Assembly: GCF_037042905.1 (NCBI RefSeq) | Contig: NC_087251.1 | Span: forward strand, 29,266,001 to 29,330,000 | Length of the DNA stretch: 64,000 bases | Direction of reading: 5' to 3' | Source of the DNA: Lytechinus pictus | Lineage: Eukaryota | Shown here: piece by piece, positions 38,201 to 53,200 of the stretch | How positions within the stretch are numbered: position 1 is the stretch's first letter | How the letters are laid out: each line of letters starts with the position of its first letter | Position numbers and translations under genes: made by a program | Notes under the pieces: model-generated | Databases searched by the model: none | The model's input: the letters and a program-made list of their open reading frames with translations, nothing else | What the model was told of the DNA's origin: nothing

Positions 38201-41200
38201 TGTAGTGACTGGAGAAATACAATATATAAAAATATATATATATAATGAGTAAAATGCATAGGCAAACTATATACAGTAAGCAAATATGTGCTTGAAGCAT
38301 ATAGCAGCCAAAATAAAAATGAAATTTCGAAACGAGACAAAAATAAAATTGTTATTTTGGGGCAAGCCCCATCTGGCGAGGTTTAATGGGTATACGCTTT
38401 TTCTGATCATGGACCCTGATGTACTTAATTTATGATGATGTAATGCACATGTGCTGCCGATGAAAATATAATATTTTGCCTTTATGGGTTTTTTACAACT
38501 CCAGGGGGATCAATGAGAATACAGTAATAGTTCTGAATACGCACTGAGAGAAGTGAAGGCCGGGGGGGGGGGGGGGCACTTCCATTGACGAGTGGATACC
38601 ATGCGCGACCATGGGGTCTCGAAAAGCACCCAAACACGTATTTTCCATATTCTCAAACTGCACCCCTTAACAAGTATTGGCGTCTCAAACCGACCCTTAA
38701 CAAGTATTGGAAACAAAACGATACTCTTGGCAAGTATTCCCGAAATGAACCCCTAAACAAGTACAGCGATATTTTATTGTTATGTCGGGTCCGTCGGTCG
38801 TTGGTTTTACCTTTACACATCATTATTTTGGTTTAGTACGGCCCCATGCACCTTCCACAACTCGCGCAAGTCGGACTCTAAACACGTAGTGTTGGGGCAA
38901 AAAGGACATCCTTTATAAAACATTTTAATTTTGTTTCATCATCCCCGAAAATATTACCCTAAACACGTAGCTTTCCTAGCAACATAGATACCCTTTTTTT
39001 AATATTTTTGTGTTTTTGACAAAAAGACATCCTTTTTACGTGTTTTTGGGGTCGCGCATGGTATCCACTCGTCAATGTAAGTGCCCCCCCCCCCCGGAGT
39101 GAAGGCAAAGCGGTCATGGAGCATGCAAGCAAACGAGTAATTATAATTCCTTGAATAGTCATACCATAATAAAGTTGGAGAGGATAATATTGAAATAAAT
39201 AGAAAAATAACATTAAAAAATGCGAACATAAGGAATACACACAACCCCCAACCCAAGGCTAGGAATTGTGTAAACATCGAAAAATACAGAAAGATGTTAG
39301 GAACCTTGCTTGAACTATTGGCGTAAATAATAAACGTAAAATATATGAATTAAGGGGCCAGATATATGTGTCGGGCACAAATCATTTTTTATCGGTGATA
39401 GATTTTGACATAATATTCAGATATTAGTTCCCCTTCTCGCTTTCTTTTTGTATTGGCCGTGACAAATTTGGGAATCCATATAGCCCCAATCCTTCCCCAT
39501 TATTTTGAACGCCACTGATTTCAACTGGATATCGTCAAAAAATATTGATTGATTGGTTTTATTTCGCAAGTCACCATAATATATATACAGTAGCATTAAA
39601 AACAACAGGCTTACACAGGATGACCCACGAAAGCTCTAAAGCTATTTTCCAGTGGGGAAATAGGCTTTACCTTGTAAATAAATATTACCTTGGAAATAAG
39701 CTTTACCTTGTAAATAAATATTTACAAGGTAGTCAAACTGACAGCAGATGCAGCGTGTAAACACAGTATGAATTTCATTACATGATAATAATAAAATGAT
39801 AATTACGTAATGTCATGGGTGGTGAAACAAGGATGGGACGTGATAGTAAAGCTGATGAAATACAGGGTTGAAAGTAAAATAATGAGAAAGACTGAAATGA
39901 AACGATCTATTCAAAATATAAATTCCATAAAAGAGAAGCGATTCAAACAGAGTATGATATTGCGTTTACATTCCCTTTGATTCATATTATTTTGATTCCC
40001 TTTCAACAATCTACTTCTTTCTTTATTTCTTCTCTCTCCTCCATGCCCCCCTTCCCTTTCTTGGGGCTGCGGGGATGGGGGGGGGGGGGGTATCGGATAT
40101 GAGAAAGCCTGCAGTTTAGGTGTTATGGCACACTCGGACAAGTTCAATTTAGTGGCCTAGTCGTCGACTGCCAAGTGCCAACTTGCACTCACCACATGGT
40201 CTGATTTAATTTAGTCCATATCCATTCCGTCCATCAATATTTCGTCGAACAACTATTTGGTCCAGTATCCAATTCATTTTCATTCATTTTGCACAATAGC
40301 ACGTTGTCCAATTAGACCAAATGGTATATGGACTGAATGGCTATTGGACCAACTGGTTACTAGACGATAGTGGATGAACATAATTATGGTAGACTTTAAT
40401 GATAGTAGGCGAGTTGGCAATTTGACGATTTGGCATCAGACGAAATGGAAGTAAACTGATCCATGGACTTATATAGTATCACACCGGTATAGATAAAGAG
40501 GTACAAAAGTGGAAACGATGCCCGACGGACATGCGCATATCCAGGATTTTGCACCACGAGGGGGTCACTATTTTTGCGCCCCTGTGAACTTTTCGGAAAA
40601 TTGCACCCCGACCCGACCACTCAGGCAATCAAAGTGCCTAAATGCATTTTGAATTGTCTTATTCCACAACCACGTGAAAAAGGCAATCGAAGACCATTTT
40701 TTTAATGTGTCCATAGTGTGTCCATGTAAAAAAAGATCAAAGTTGTATCCACTTCTTGAAAAGAATAAATGCGACCAGAAAGCATAGAATTTTTAAGCGT
40801 TTTGGGGTTTCAATTTAGTTCAACTTTTCATCAGAGTGGTAGACCATACTAAAATTATGTGCGGGAGCTGTAATTTCTTAACCGGGGCTAGATCCAGCTT
40901 TCGCCAATAGGGGAGGGGGATATTTTCATCTGTTTTCCGATCAAACATTCTACGCTTTTTGCAACCGTGAACATGATATGTATATGAATTATTTAAACAA
41001 TTATTATTGATACGAGCGCGAAACGTGAGCTGAATTTTTTTTATATTCTGACCTAAAATTTGAGGGGAAAAAAATCTATGAGCACTTTTGGCAATCAAGA
41101 ACAGGATGAGTATCTATCAACATTTTATGCGATCACGAAGTGCGAACTGACAATTTTTGAATTCCCAATCCAACACTGGACATCATAAGCACTTTTTATA

Positions 41201-44200
41201 ACCATGAACAGGATGGGTATATAGCTAAATAATTAATGCGAGCGCTAAGCGCGAGTTCAAATTTTTTGATATTCTGACCTCGTAAATTTGTGCGAGTGCG
41301 AAGCGCGAGCTTAAAAAGTGATTGATATTTTGACCTAAAATGTGGACATTCTAAGCACTTTTGGTAATCATGAACAGGATTGTCATCTAACTAAACATTG
41401 ATGCGTCCGCAAAGAGCGAGATGAAATTTTTTTCATATTCTTACCTAAAATTTGGACATTTGAGTAAGCATTTTCGGTTATCATGAAAAGGATGATCAGT
41501 AACAAAACAGTTTATGCGAGCGCGAAGCGCGAGCTGAATAAAAATCTATATATTTTGATACAAAGTCAGACATTCTAAGCACTTATCTTACCATGAACAG
41601 GATCGCCACCTTACTAAACAATTAATGCGAAGAGTAGGATGAATTTGTTTTTATATTCTGATCTAAAATTAGGACTTTCTAGGCACTTTTGGTAATCATG
41701 AACATGATTGGTAATTGATGGGAGCAAACATGAGTTTGGCACCCCCTCCCCTCCCTAGGTAAATTGAACCTGAATTTGATGCACCGAGACAAATATCAAA
41801 TTGGCGTGTGGTGAATATCCATTCGGCACCCCCTAGGTTGAACATCAATTCGGCGCCCCTATATGTCAAACAGCAACTCGACAACCGTATATAGGAAAAA
41901 TAATTATTCGGCGCCCCATCCCCAAGGTTAAACATCATTTCGGTGCCCTTCGGTGCCCCTATGTCGAACATCTATACGGCGCCCCGAGGTAAAACATTTA
42001 TTCGCCCCCCCCCTAGGATGAAGATCAATTTGGCACATCCTAGGTCGAACATCAATTCGGCGCCCCTAAGCAAAACATAAATTCGGCACCCGCTATATAC
42101 ATACTCTAGGTTGAACATCAATTCGGCGCATCCACCCCCCCCCCCATGTCAAACAGCAATTCCTCAACCCCTTTTCTTTCCTTCCCTTTTCTCCCTATTT
42201 TGGCGCCCCCGAATACGCGCATGGTAGAGCTACGGATATAGAGAAATAAGGACAAAGATGTAATGAAAATATAAAAACTCTTGAAATACTTTACGTTTTC
42301 TAGGCAAACAAGAATCCAAACTCCAAAGCGTATAATAACGTCCGGCTGAATAGACCTCCATTTGCATCCTGTTTGATATGCTTTCCTGTAAGTTCCATTG
42401 TGGGCAAAATAAAGGGCAAAAGTAAGTCTGCTTTCTTTGAGAGGGTGGAAATGATGATATATTCAAATACCAGCGAGTGCCATAGGTGACGGAATCATAG
42501 GCGACGGAACGTATTTTCATTTTTTTTTTTTTTTTTTTGGGGGGGGGGGACAAAGCGAAAAAAGGCACTTATATGCAAAAAATTGCATTTTTTATGCAAA
42601 CTTATATTGTCACCATGAGATTATCATCTGTGTTAAGTAGTTGTGCGTTTTGTAGTAATTAATTGAGCAAAACCTTTTTAAAGTCTTTTCTGATTGATAA
42701 AATATCTATTTAGGCTTTATTTTTCCGGGAGCGAGCGTAGCAAGCAAGCAGTTTGAACATTTTCAAATCTGAAGTTGTGAAACTCGCCGCTTTTTGGTCA
42801 AATCGCGCAAATTATTGTTAAAAGAGCATTCTTGCGAGGTGTTAAGAGCGCAAATCGCGAGCTATAAATTCTAGACATTGCTTGTACTAACATGACTAAT
42901 AAGACATGAAAATCAAACATTCCGAGCAATTTTGTTATGAAAAAGATGTGCATCTAATTGAAGAATGGACGCGAGCGCGATATTCCAACCAGAAAACTGG
43001 ACATTCTAAGCACTTTTTTAACCCAAGAACTTAATTGTGTGTCTTAATAAATAATAATTGATGCGAAGCGCGGCGAGCCGAAAATTTGTAATATTTCAAC
43101 CTGAAAACTGGATATTCTAAGCAGTTTGAAACCAAGAACATAATGTGTACCTTTGATGCGAGCGGAAAGCGCGAGCTGAAGATTTGTGACATTTAAACCT
43201 GAAAATTGAACATTATAAGCACAAGTTGTAACCAAAACAAAGTGAGTGCCTTCCTAAAAAATAAATGATGTGGGCGCGAAGCGCGAGCCAAAAATTTTGT
43301 GATTTCCAACCTAAAATGTATCGTTTGACTTCAAAAAGGGTATTTTATTTTGAAAAGGGACATTCATGAACATCATTTTGAAATAAGTGCACTCTCCATT
43401 TAAAAAAGGCATTTTTTCCTACTGGGATTTTTTTATGTAGGGGGTTAAGTGCCCCTGCCGCCCCCCGGTTCCGCCGCCCCTGCTGCTAATATAGCCTCGG
43501 GTTATAATTTTTATCTAAGTTCAAACTGGTATTAACAAAAATATGTTGGTATGACTGCATTTTATAACGATGGTTTTCTTTAAAATATATATTTTTTACC
43601 ATTTCGATCCATCACATTTTTGCATTTTTTTGTCCGTCGATATGCCCAGCGCTGAGAGGTCATGCCAAAACGTGATTTTGCATGAAGTACATTCTCTGAA
43701 CCATCATCGGAACTTCGGAATCACACAGAGATGGAAGACCCCTTCCCCCAAATAGTTCCGCCTAGCTGTATGTCCTCGAATATATATATATATATTTAAT
43801 AAGACATCAGAAATGCGAAACACAAATTCACGAGTAATGCAGTTTTTGCAATAAAATTTGCAATTTTATTATATATATATCACCATGATAAGTACGTAAT
43901 TTTATTATCCGAGCACATGCAGCGGACCGAGGAGGAGTGGGTGGAGGGAGAGGCACCTAGGAGACGTCATACTTGTTCTTGTTCAGTATACTACCATAAC
44001 AAGTTGAAAAGAAAAATGCAAAGAGAAACTTGGAGGGGGATCGATGTTACATGGTTATAACATACAGACCTACGCACCGGTATCATAGGCGGATCCAGGA
44101 GGCCGACGTTACGCCCCCCCCCCCCCCGATATTGGCGGCGCAAAGTAATATGAACGAAAGCAGAGGGGGGGGGGGGGGCAAAATATAAGAGGAAGAATGA

Positions 44201-47200
44201 ATAAAAAAAGGTGAGGGGAATTCAGACTTGGGGAGGGGTGGGAGCCAATCATGTCACTACACATGTATAAAAACAATTTAGCCCGCGCTTTGTGTTCGCA
44301 TTGCCTGTTCGATGGAACATCTATTCATCTATACCAATTCATTTATTGATTTATTCATTCAGTCATGGTTAAACAGGTTCACAAGTTCAGAGTTATTAGT
44401 ATATAAAATCATAGTAACAAGCAATGACAAGGTATAATTCATATCGAAATAGTATGAGACATAAAGAAATATTAACTGATCAATGTAATACAAAACACGG
44501 AAACATTGTTGAAGGGCTTATAGTAAAACGAACAAGGGAACTAAATAGGCCTTTACTTATTCAAATTTTTGAGCACCTTATCCGTCAGTGTGCATCTTGT
44601 TTAATGATCATATTGCTCAGATCAATTTTCAGGACACAATACACAGTCCGAAAATAATACCTCACGCTCGCATTTTTTATAGGGTTTAGTACTGTTACGA
44701 CTATAGATTCCAACAAAAACTAGCTTTGAGCTGCCGATCGATCGGGAAAAATGTGGATGAAAATATTGTTCACCCCGGCCCCGTTATTAGTGAAAGCTGG
44801 ATCCGCCCCAGAATATATTGTTTAAAAAAAAAGGCATAGGCCACGCGGTATTTTTCATTTTTTAGTGATAAATACATTGAGGCAGTATATTGACAAATAA
44901 TCACTGGAAGAGAAAGAGCATCTTATAGGCCTATATAACGCACAAAGCAAAATAATGAAGAATGGCGGCAAAGCTAGTTCAATACAAAATGATTTCCTTG
45001 TCCTTTAAAAAAAATGTTACAACACGTTATAATAATGAACAAATCAAAATACAGAACCTGAAGAAATTGATAACAATTCAGTGAATCGGAATCGAAACAA
45101 AAATGCGTATGTAAATATAATTATAAAATAGATATAAAAAAACGGGAAAAAAAATAAGAATAGCCCTTTCACAAGCAACCATAATTCTCCCTCCCTTCAT
45201 ACCCTGGACAAGTAAAGAAAAAAAAAATACAGCTAGAGAAACGAAGCAAAGATGAAAAGCAAGGAAAGGGAAGGAAGCCGTCTCTCGGTACCTGGTACTC
45301 TGCCCAGATATCAAGATGTACGTAGGACCTATTCTCCGCGATTTGAAAAACAACGTGCATAACATCACAATTATTATGATGGTCATTTAAAAAAGTTCCT
45401 TGGTTGTTTCCAAGTTATTTAATTTGCCGTCGAGGGACTGCGCGAATGCACACGCTCCTACAGGATATGAATGAAAAAGTCGCAAACAGACTCCGCCGTT
45501 CAATCCGATACTGTACTGTATAGCCGGTATACAGATCGGCACGTGAGACAAGCGCAGAGGCGATGGATATGAATATTCATGAGCAGGTATTGATGTCATT
45601 TGGTCTCAAGGTGGCGCTCTTCATTTTTTATATCAATTTCAAAATCTGCATCAAAAGAAAGCTCACTTGGCAAAATTTCTCTTCTTTATATATTTTTTTG
45701 AGAATAAAAACAGTTCTTTTGGCCAATGCAATACATTTTATGGACTCAGAACTTGTTTATGAGTATTTTGAAAAGCGAAGAGTGAAATCTAAAAGAAAGT
45801 TTTGAAATAAACCAATGTCACAATTTACCTTTAAGGAACAGCACAATGTTTTTTTTTCGCAAGTTGTTAGCATTCCGGGATGTGAAGTTTCAAAAGAACC
45901 TTACACAGGGCTTGATAGATAAAAGCTGTCATCCGACAGGACCATGTAAGAGTCAGAAACCTTTGCTTCTCAGCGAATTGAAACCAGGGAAAGATATCAG
46001 ATCTAACAACTTGTCGGACAAAAAATGTTAATGAATTGCTCCCCTGATTCCTACAGGTACTTGACCTTTTAAGTATTATTTTATTATCGATAAATTTGAA
46101 CCAAAAATTGATTATTATTAAAAATATTTTACAATAAATCTACTTTTACTTTTGAGAAGATTTTGTTTACCTCAAGGTTGTCAAATGTCTCCAGTTCCCT
46201 GAGGCAGGCACCGTTGTTGAAGTTCCAGATCTTGACCGTTCCATTCCTGCCTCCTGTGACCAGACGACGCCCGGTGGGATCAAAGGTCATCGCTGTGATC
46301 TCTGCGCACTTCTCCACGCCCTTCTCCATGTACTTGTGGGCATTTGAGAACTGAATGGTCTTGGTACCCGTTGCCAGGTCCCAGACACAGACCACAGAAT
46401 CATGGCATCCACTGACCACCTGGTTGAAGAGGCTGTTGTATAGACAGTGGGTGATCGGTCGATTGTGTGACGTCATCTCATCTTCATCACCTTCAACCTC
46501 CCACTTGTGTTCGAGTAAAGCAAGCTGGAAATCAATTATATGGAATATCATCAATTATTGGTGGCACCAAGATTACATACATTGACAGGTTATATGGCTG
46601 ACTTATTTCAAGGGACACTTCTTTGATAATCCCTTATTTTAACGAAGTGTCAACAATAAAACTTTATTACTTCTCCTTTCCAGTAACTAAGATCACTACA
46701 GCTACAACAGGAACTGTCATACACCAGTCAAAGCATATGCTGCAACCTGCAAAGCCTATATGCTCCCCAAAGTTTGAAACCACCCATTGTCTTCACTACG
46801 TACAAACAGAACTGCCTTCCATCATTAAGTCTGGAGCTCTTTATGATTTCATTGAAGATCCACTTTTCCGGATTTTTTTTACCAGACAAGCAAATTCTAA
46901 CTCTGCTGGAGGGGTCTGTTACTTAACGGTGCCCCTCAAATGATATGAGTCATCATCATCATACCTCCTCTACTTACAAACTTGATCATCATGGCAAAAT
47001 GACCTGGTAAACAGTATTTCATATTTTGTAATAAAAATAATAAGTTTTAGGAAAGCAGTGATATGATAGAGTCTATATGGTTACCTGATTTGTTCCTAGT
47101 ATAAGTGATCCAGTCTTGGCGTGGAAGCATATTGAGCTGATTGCGTGTGGTCCAAGGTTAATATTCCTAGGGTTGATGTTCTGAAGACATGTTTGGTCTC

Positions 47201-50200
47201 TCATATCCCATACCTTGATACCCTGTTACATTCAGAAGTGACAGAAAATAATAATCAATGAGATATGCTGATATATTGATTGATTGTTTAAGTTATTTGT
47301 CTTTAGTTTACATAGTACAGGCTTTTTACCAAATACAATTCAACATTCGTAAGCGATTAATACAATTTAGCAAGATAAACATCTCCCGGTAGAATTAGAT
47401 AAAAATGGCCTCTATATGGTGACGTTTTTCATTATATTCAGGATATAGATATACTTCTTATGATTCAATATATTTAAAAAGTGTTTGTTTAATACTAAAA
47501 AAGTCATCATCACGTTGCTTTTATGAAGGAAACTGGGAATCGGGGAGGGAGGCCTATAGAATGGAATTTTTTGATGATTTATTGATGAACATACTTTGTC
47601 TTTTCCAACGCTGATGATCTGGCCATGTTGGGTATTGATGACCACGTGTACGACAGCTGATGTGTGTCCCTTCATCACTGAAGTCGCCTTGGTCGTCACA
47701 TAAGGATTCCATGTTCTTACCGATCGGTCCATCCCTCCAGTCACTGAACAGAAATAAAAGAGCGAAAAGTGTGAAGATTCCTTTTCCTTCTGATAATTTG
47801 GTGATATATATTTACTGGTAATGATGAACCCACTTCACAGGTTGTACAGTAATTTCGTTTGATAAGAGTGTCAAGTATAGGACTTAACTAAATGGTAAAA
47901 TGAAATAAAGAAGATAATTTCAAAGAAGATAATGTTTTTTTTAATAATATTCAGCTTATACTTACCGATTACATTTGAGTCTTTGTCATAGTCGAAGCAA
48001 AGGATGCCTTTACGGATCTTGAAGAATGAGCCACTTGAATAAAAGTATGAGTAAGTAACAAAATAGTTCAGAAAATGAGTATGTGGTTCATGAAAAAAAT
48101 CAGTGCTCATAGATCTCTCTACATTCTATTGGTAATAAACACAGTATTCTTTCACCGATATAGTAGTCTTCTAATTTCATCTCTTCTGAAACTTTGTTTT
48201 TACTGGGGATTTGAGGAAGGAGTCCTGATGGACTGATGAAGATTTCAAACCAGAAAGATAGAACAATTATTTCACATTAAAACCATTATTATCACCTGCT
48301 AACGTTATAAATAACGTTTTATAATGTTTGACAAGAAAATGAAGTAAAAGCCATTTCCCTTTTGATTGTTATGATACATATGTATAAAGAAATTACATGA
48401 ACGCCAACGACTTCATGCAGTCATCAATCTGGCAATAGGTGCAGAAATTACCCAAATACAAGAGAATTGCTTCATAATGAAAAAAAGGGTGAAAGGAATG
48501 GCACGTGACTTACGATTTCTTCCTGTCCAAATCACCAATGAATATCGATGTATCGTTTGTAGTGGCACACGATACAAACGAATTTAGATTGCAGCAATAC
48601 TTCACTTTCCGAACCCAATCTTCATGAAGAGGCTGAGAATAGAAACGATCGCAACAAAAGTGAATAGAATGTGGACTGGACAGCCATGAAAAACAATATA
48701 GCCTAAGATTCATATATTTACAGGAAATTATTAAAACTGACTTTAAATTGCCAATAGAAGATGTTTCATCCCCACGTAATCAAAGATTTTCAAAATGAAT
48801 AGCCTATATATATATAATTTTGTATATAGTGTATATACATTCGTGTTACAGTGTTTATATCTATATTGATTTATAGAATTTTGCTGATTATTTTACTATA
48901 TTTATATCATAATATTACCCTTATATAATTTCGATAAGGGATCTACATCTTACAAGCTTTGCTTTTTAGCAGGCCCCTCCACCTTTATTCATTTTATTGG
49001 TACGTTTCAAAACTGCATATGCAGATGATGTATATTCTACTGTAAATGATTTATTATGACATGTGCTTTGAGAATTCGAGGAATATGAATATATGAATAA
49101 ATAAAATAGAATAAATAAATATGCAAACTGTTGTACTGTATTTTTATTTCATAGCAAACATTTTATCAATTGCTTTTACAAAATGCTTAATTATCGAGAA
49201 TGCAGATTGACTTCGATGAAATTGCTTCTTTGAGGTAATGGGATATACGTACCGAAAATTTTAGAACCTGGATGCCTTTGACAAGACCTTTGAGTAGTTC
49301 CTGGAATGGTACTCTCCTGGAGCCCACTGATTTGGCGTTCTGTGATCCGAAGAGAGCTGAACCCAGAGCCTCTTGAAACACGATACAGTATACACCACCA
49401 CCAGCATCACCGAATACCAGAACCGCTTTGTTCATATTGCGAGGATCAAACCTAAATAAGTAGCCATGAAAAAAAATCACGAGTTTTGGATTTGTCAGCC
49501 ATTCTATCGTGTTAGCATTTTATTGTTTTTATTTCTTGTATTCTCATTGTTCATTTTCTTCTTCTTGTAGTGATTTGCACAGTGTAATTACAGTGAATCT
49601 GTCTTACATAATTATATTCAAAGAAAATAAAAAACAGCATCTGATGACAACCAGGCAAGGGCTGATATCGTATCCTTTTTAAAAACTTCTAATGCATGTC
49701 GCTTCTTTGGCTTTTCATCAAGATAACCTTTCAATAGTTCTCGTTCTTTTAATTTTGTTTTACCATTTAGACTCTCTAATATTGCATGGGGTGTCAGTGC
49801 CCAATTTACCCCATCTCCTATAGATTTTCGATTGATAATTCAGAGACTTTCTTACCAGTAATCCATGGTGAGTGCGCAGTGTTCCAAACCAGCCACTTGG
49901 AAACATTTGTCACATTTACTTGCATTGACATCAAAGAAACCTGTATCAGATTGATGAAATATATGTTTATCAAAAGATTGGACGATCGAACCATTGCTAT
50001 CTGAGGAGGATAACTGAGATGAAAGTTGAGTAATTGTTTTCAGATCCGTTAGGGAGTAGGCTAATGAAGGGAACTAGCCCATATTCTAATACGAATCAAT
50101 CCAAAGTTGCTCTGAAGATGTGTTTCAGATTTATTTTTCAGCATTTCATGAGGGATTCCCTTTTTTTAAAGAGGTCTTATAAACAAAGCTAATGGTTAGC

Positions 50201-53200
50201 TTTACCAAAATACACCGATGAAAAGTTACAATCTTGGAAAATGAAGTCGGTGATATCGACGTAAATATTGAGTCTATTTTCAGTCAATTTCATTTCGTAC
50301 AGTGTCTTTGAAAATAAACTATTCATTGTTTTGTTGTTATTTTCTTTTCTTGCTGAAGAAGTAGTTAAAGTTAAAGAAGATAGCCCCCCTATTTTTACGA
50401 AAGATAATGTTACATATCAAAATCTGTAATTAGCTTCTCAAACGATTGACATCTTAAAAAATTATTGACATCTTGAAGTGTCTAATTCTTTTGGATACAA
50501 AATTCTTATACGGAATCATGATTACAGAAACTTACTGATTTCTCTCTCGGTAGATGATATAGCAATCATGTTGACGTTTGGCATGCATATCATATCTGTA
50601 AGCCACATTGGTTTAGTCTTTTCTCGAGGCAGCTCCAACTGTTGTGATATAGAACAATCATGAAGAATAAACATTAACTTTTAGCACCTCCAAAACAGAT
50701 TCTTGATTTATTTCAGAATTTCAGAAATGCTCAGATAAAGTAGAATATGTTTATCAATCTAACGAAATTGTCTATGACAAACAAACGAAACAAGTGGAAT
50801 GTGATTTTCTTCAGTTCTTAAATCGAATGTGGACGATACAAAACTCCTTAAATCGAATGTGGAAAATACAAAACTTAGGTCTGAATAAACATGATTTCAC
50901 TAATAAGAACCAGTTTTAGCTTGCAAATAAAGGTAAAAGTGGAAGTGTCGGTAGGCCTAATGATCGCAGATGATAGTGATGATGATGAAGGCGATGATGA
51001 TGATGCTAATGATGACGATGATGATGATTATGGCGGTGGTAGTGGTGGTGGTGGTGGTGGTGATGATGATGATAATGATGGTGGTGATCCATGATGAAGA
51101 TGACGATGGCGATAGCGATGGTGATGATGATGTCAGTTGGTGCTGAGAGTAGTAGTGTTGACAGTGACAACTTAAGTGACGTTGGTGATATTCGAATTTG
51201 TCGATGATGATCACCAGAAGATAAAGAAAATCATGATAATCAATCAAAAACTGGTAGTATTACAAAGCAAAGGACAGAGGGAGATTATACAGACCGTGAC
51301 TGATTTGAGGAGGTTCATCTCCATGTTCCAGAAGTTGATAGTGCCTTCTTTGCTGACTGAGATATGCCTTCCATTATGTTCGCCTTCATCAGCGATTCCA
51401 CCATGGCGAAGGTTGATAGTTTGATAAAAACCAATCTTAGCAATCACGTCACGATGGTTGCTGACGAAATGGGAAAACATAAAAAGATATATAAATAAAC
51501 TTTTGAATTATCATTCAGATGGCGTTTTCTTTTAAGCCTAATCTTCATTTCCTTTAAGGGATGTATATTTGCTTTTGCCATTATAGTAATTATTGTGTAA
51601 ATCATATGCTAGGCGCCGTTGCCTAAGTGAATTATAATGGCAATGCAAATTTACCAAATCGTTTATAAACTCTTTATCAAACGGGGCCTAGTGTCAGTTG
51701 TGCCGATTAATCAACATACTCCATCTCTTGAACAAGCTGATATATTCATCAAACTGTCTGAAAAATGGGATAAATTCTCAAAATGAGAACTTACTAGATG
51801 TCGTACTTCACAGTACGACAATACGCCAGACGGTGGCCTGTACTTATAGAGAAGAAGAAGAAGAAGAAGAAGATGAGAAAGATGACAAAAATGCCATATT
51901 TTTCTGTTTGATATGAGGATCTATTGCGATTATCCAGGACATATATTTTCAATCATAAACATTGATTTCAATTAACCTGTGCCATCATTATACCTCCCAT
52001 TCTCCCGCCTCATTAATTTAGGACATCGTATCCACCCTCTAATGATTGGCCCTTGTTTGTTTGTTTTATTTCCATATAAAAATCATAAATAAAATACATG
52101 AAAGTCAAGAAAATATTCAAAATTATATTTCTTGATATTTATATCACCTTTCTTCCATGGGTTCCTAATTACAAGAAAATACCTTAAAAGATGTAAGATT
52201 GAAAATTAAAACAGAACATAAAATGCTCTCTTTAAAAACTGATCATACATGAAATAATATATCCTTACCTTGGGATATTTTTCAGAGGTTTAGGAAACGG
52301 AATCTGGATTTAAGATAGAGAAAGAGTACATGCAGTAAAATAAGCTTGTTAGCAAAGAAAAATTATGACTTCTTAGTAATTTGAATGTTACTCGGACTAT
52401 CTTGTTCATTTTTTTTTTTTACATACATAGCACAGTAACAATGACGCATTTAGTTTCAGATGTATCTTAAAGCTTTCGGTATCTATGTCATTGTGTTAAC
52501 AGACTTTGTGCTGTATTAGTACATAACATATAGAAATATATTGATACCGATATCGATTAATAATTATAAGCTATTAGCTATCGGACCTTGTTGAAAGTTC
52601 AAATACCGGTCAATCCCTAAAGAAGACTTGGTTAATTATGCGTAAAGGAAACCCATACTTCTGGCAAGAAATAAATGTGCGGAAGCAGAAAAATAAAAGA
52701 AACGGAATGGATAAAGTTTTAAAGAAACTGGGCAACCACCTTCCCCCGCGCTTCCGGCGCCCCTTTTAAAGGTTATCTCCTTTTTAGAGCATGCACTAGG
52801 ATGATCACATTGCTCGAATTTATCTATTCACATGAAATTGGGAAAAATATTTTATATTTTAAAATATAAATCTATAATTATAGTCAAAGCGGGAATATGA
52901 GAGCAACCGTCTTCTTTGGAACACATATTTTTTTCTTGTAAGAAATTCTGGAGAAAACTTTCAGATATTCCTGTGACTCCCCCCTCACCTTCCCATCATC
53001 ACTACACCCTCCCACCATCTCCACACTAATCATCTCCATTCATGTCGACAACTTTCAAGCAGGGGACAGTTGCAGAAAGACAAATAATCAATGGCAAGTC
53101 ACAAACGTGAGATTCTGATTGATTGTAAATCAAGTATAGAGTTGATGGTAGCTCTTTCTGCATGCAACTGTCCCCTGATCATCATAACCCAAAGAAAATA

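Noticed and set aside
50891..51247. Acidic / poly-Ile ORFs
   Set aside because: These are translations of a (GAT)n/(GGT)n microsatellite within an intron.
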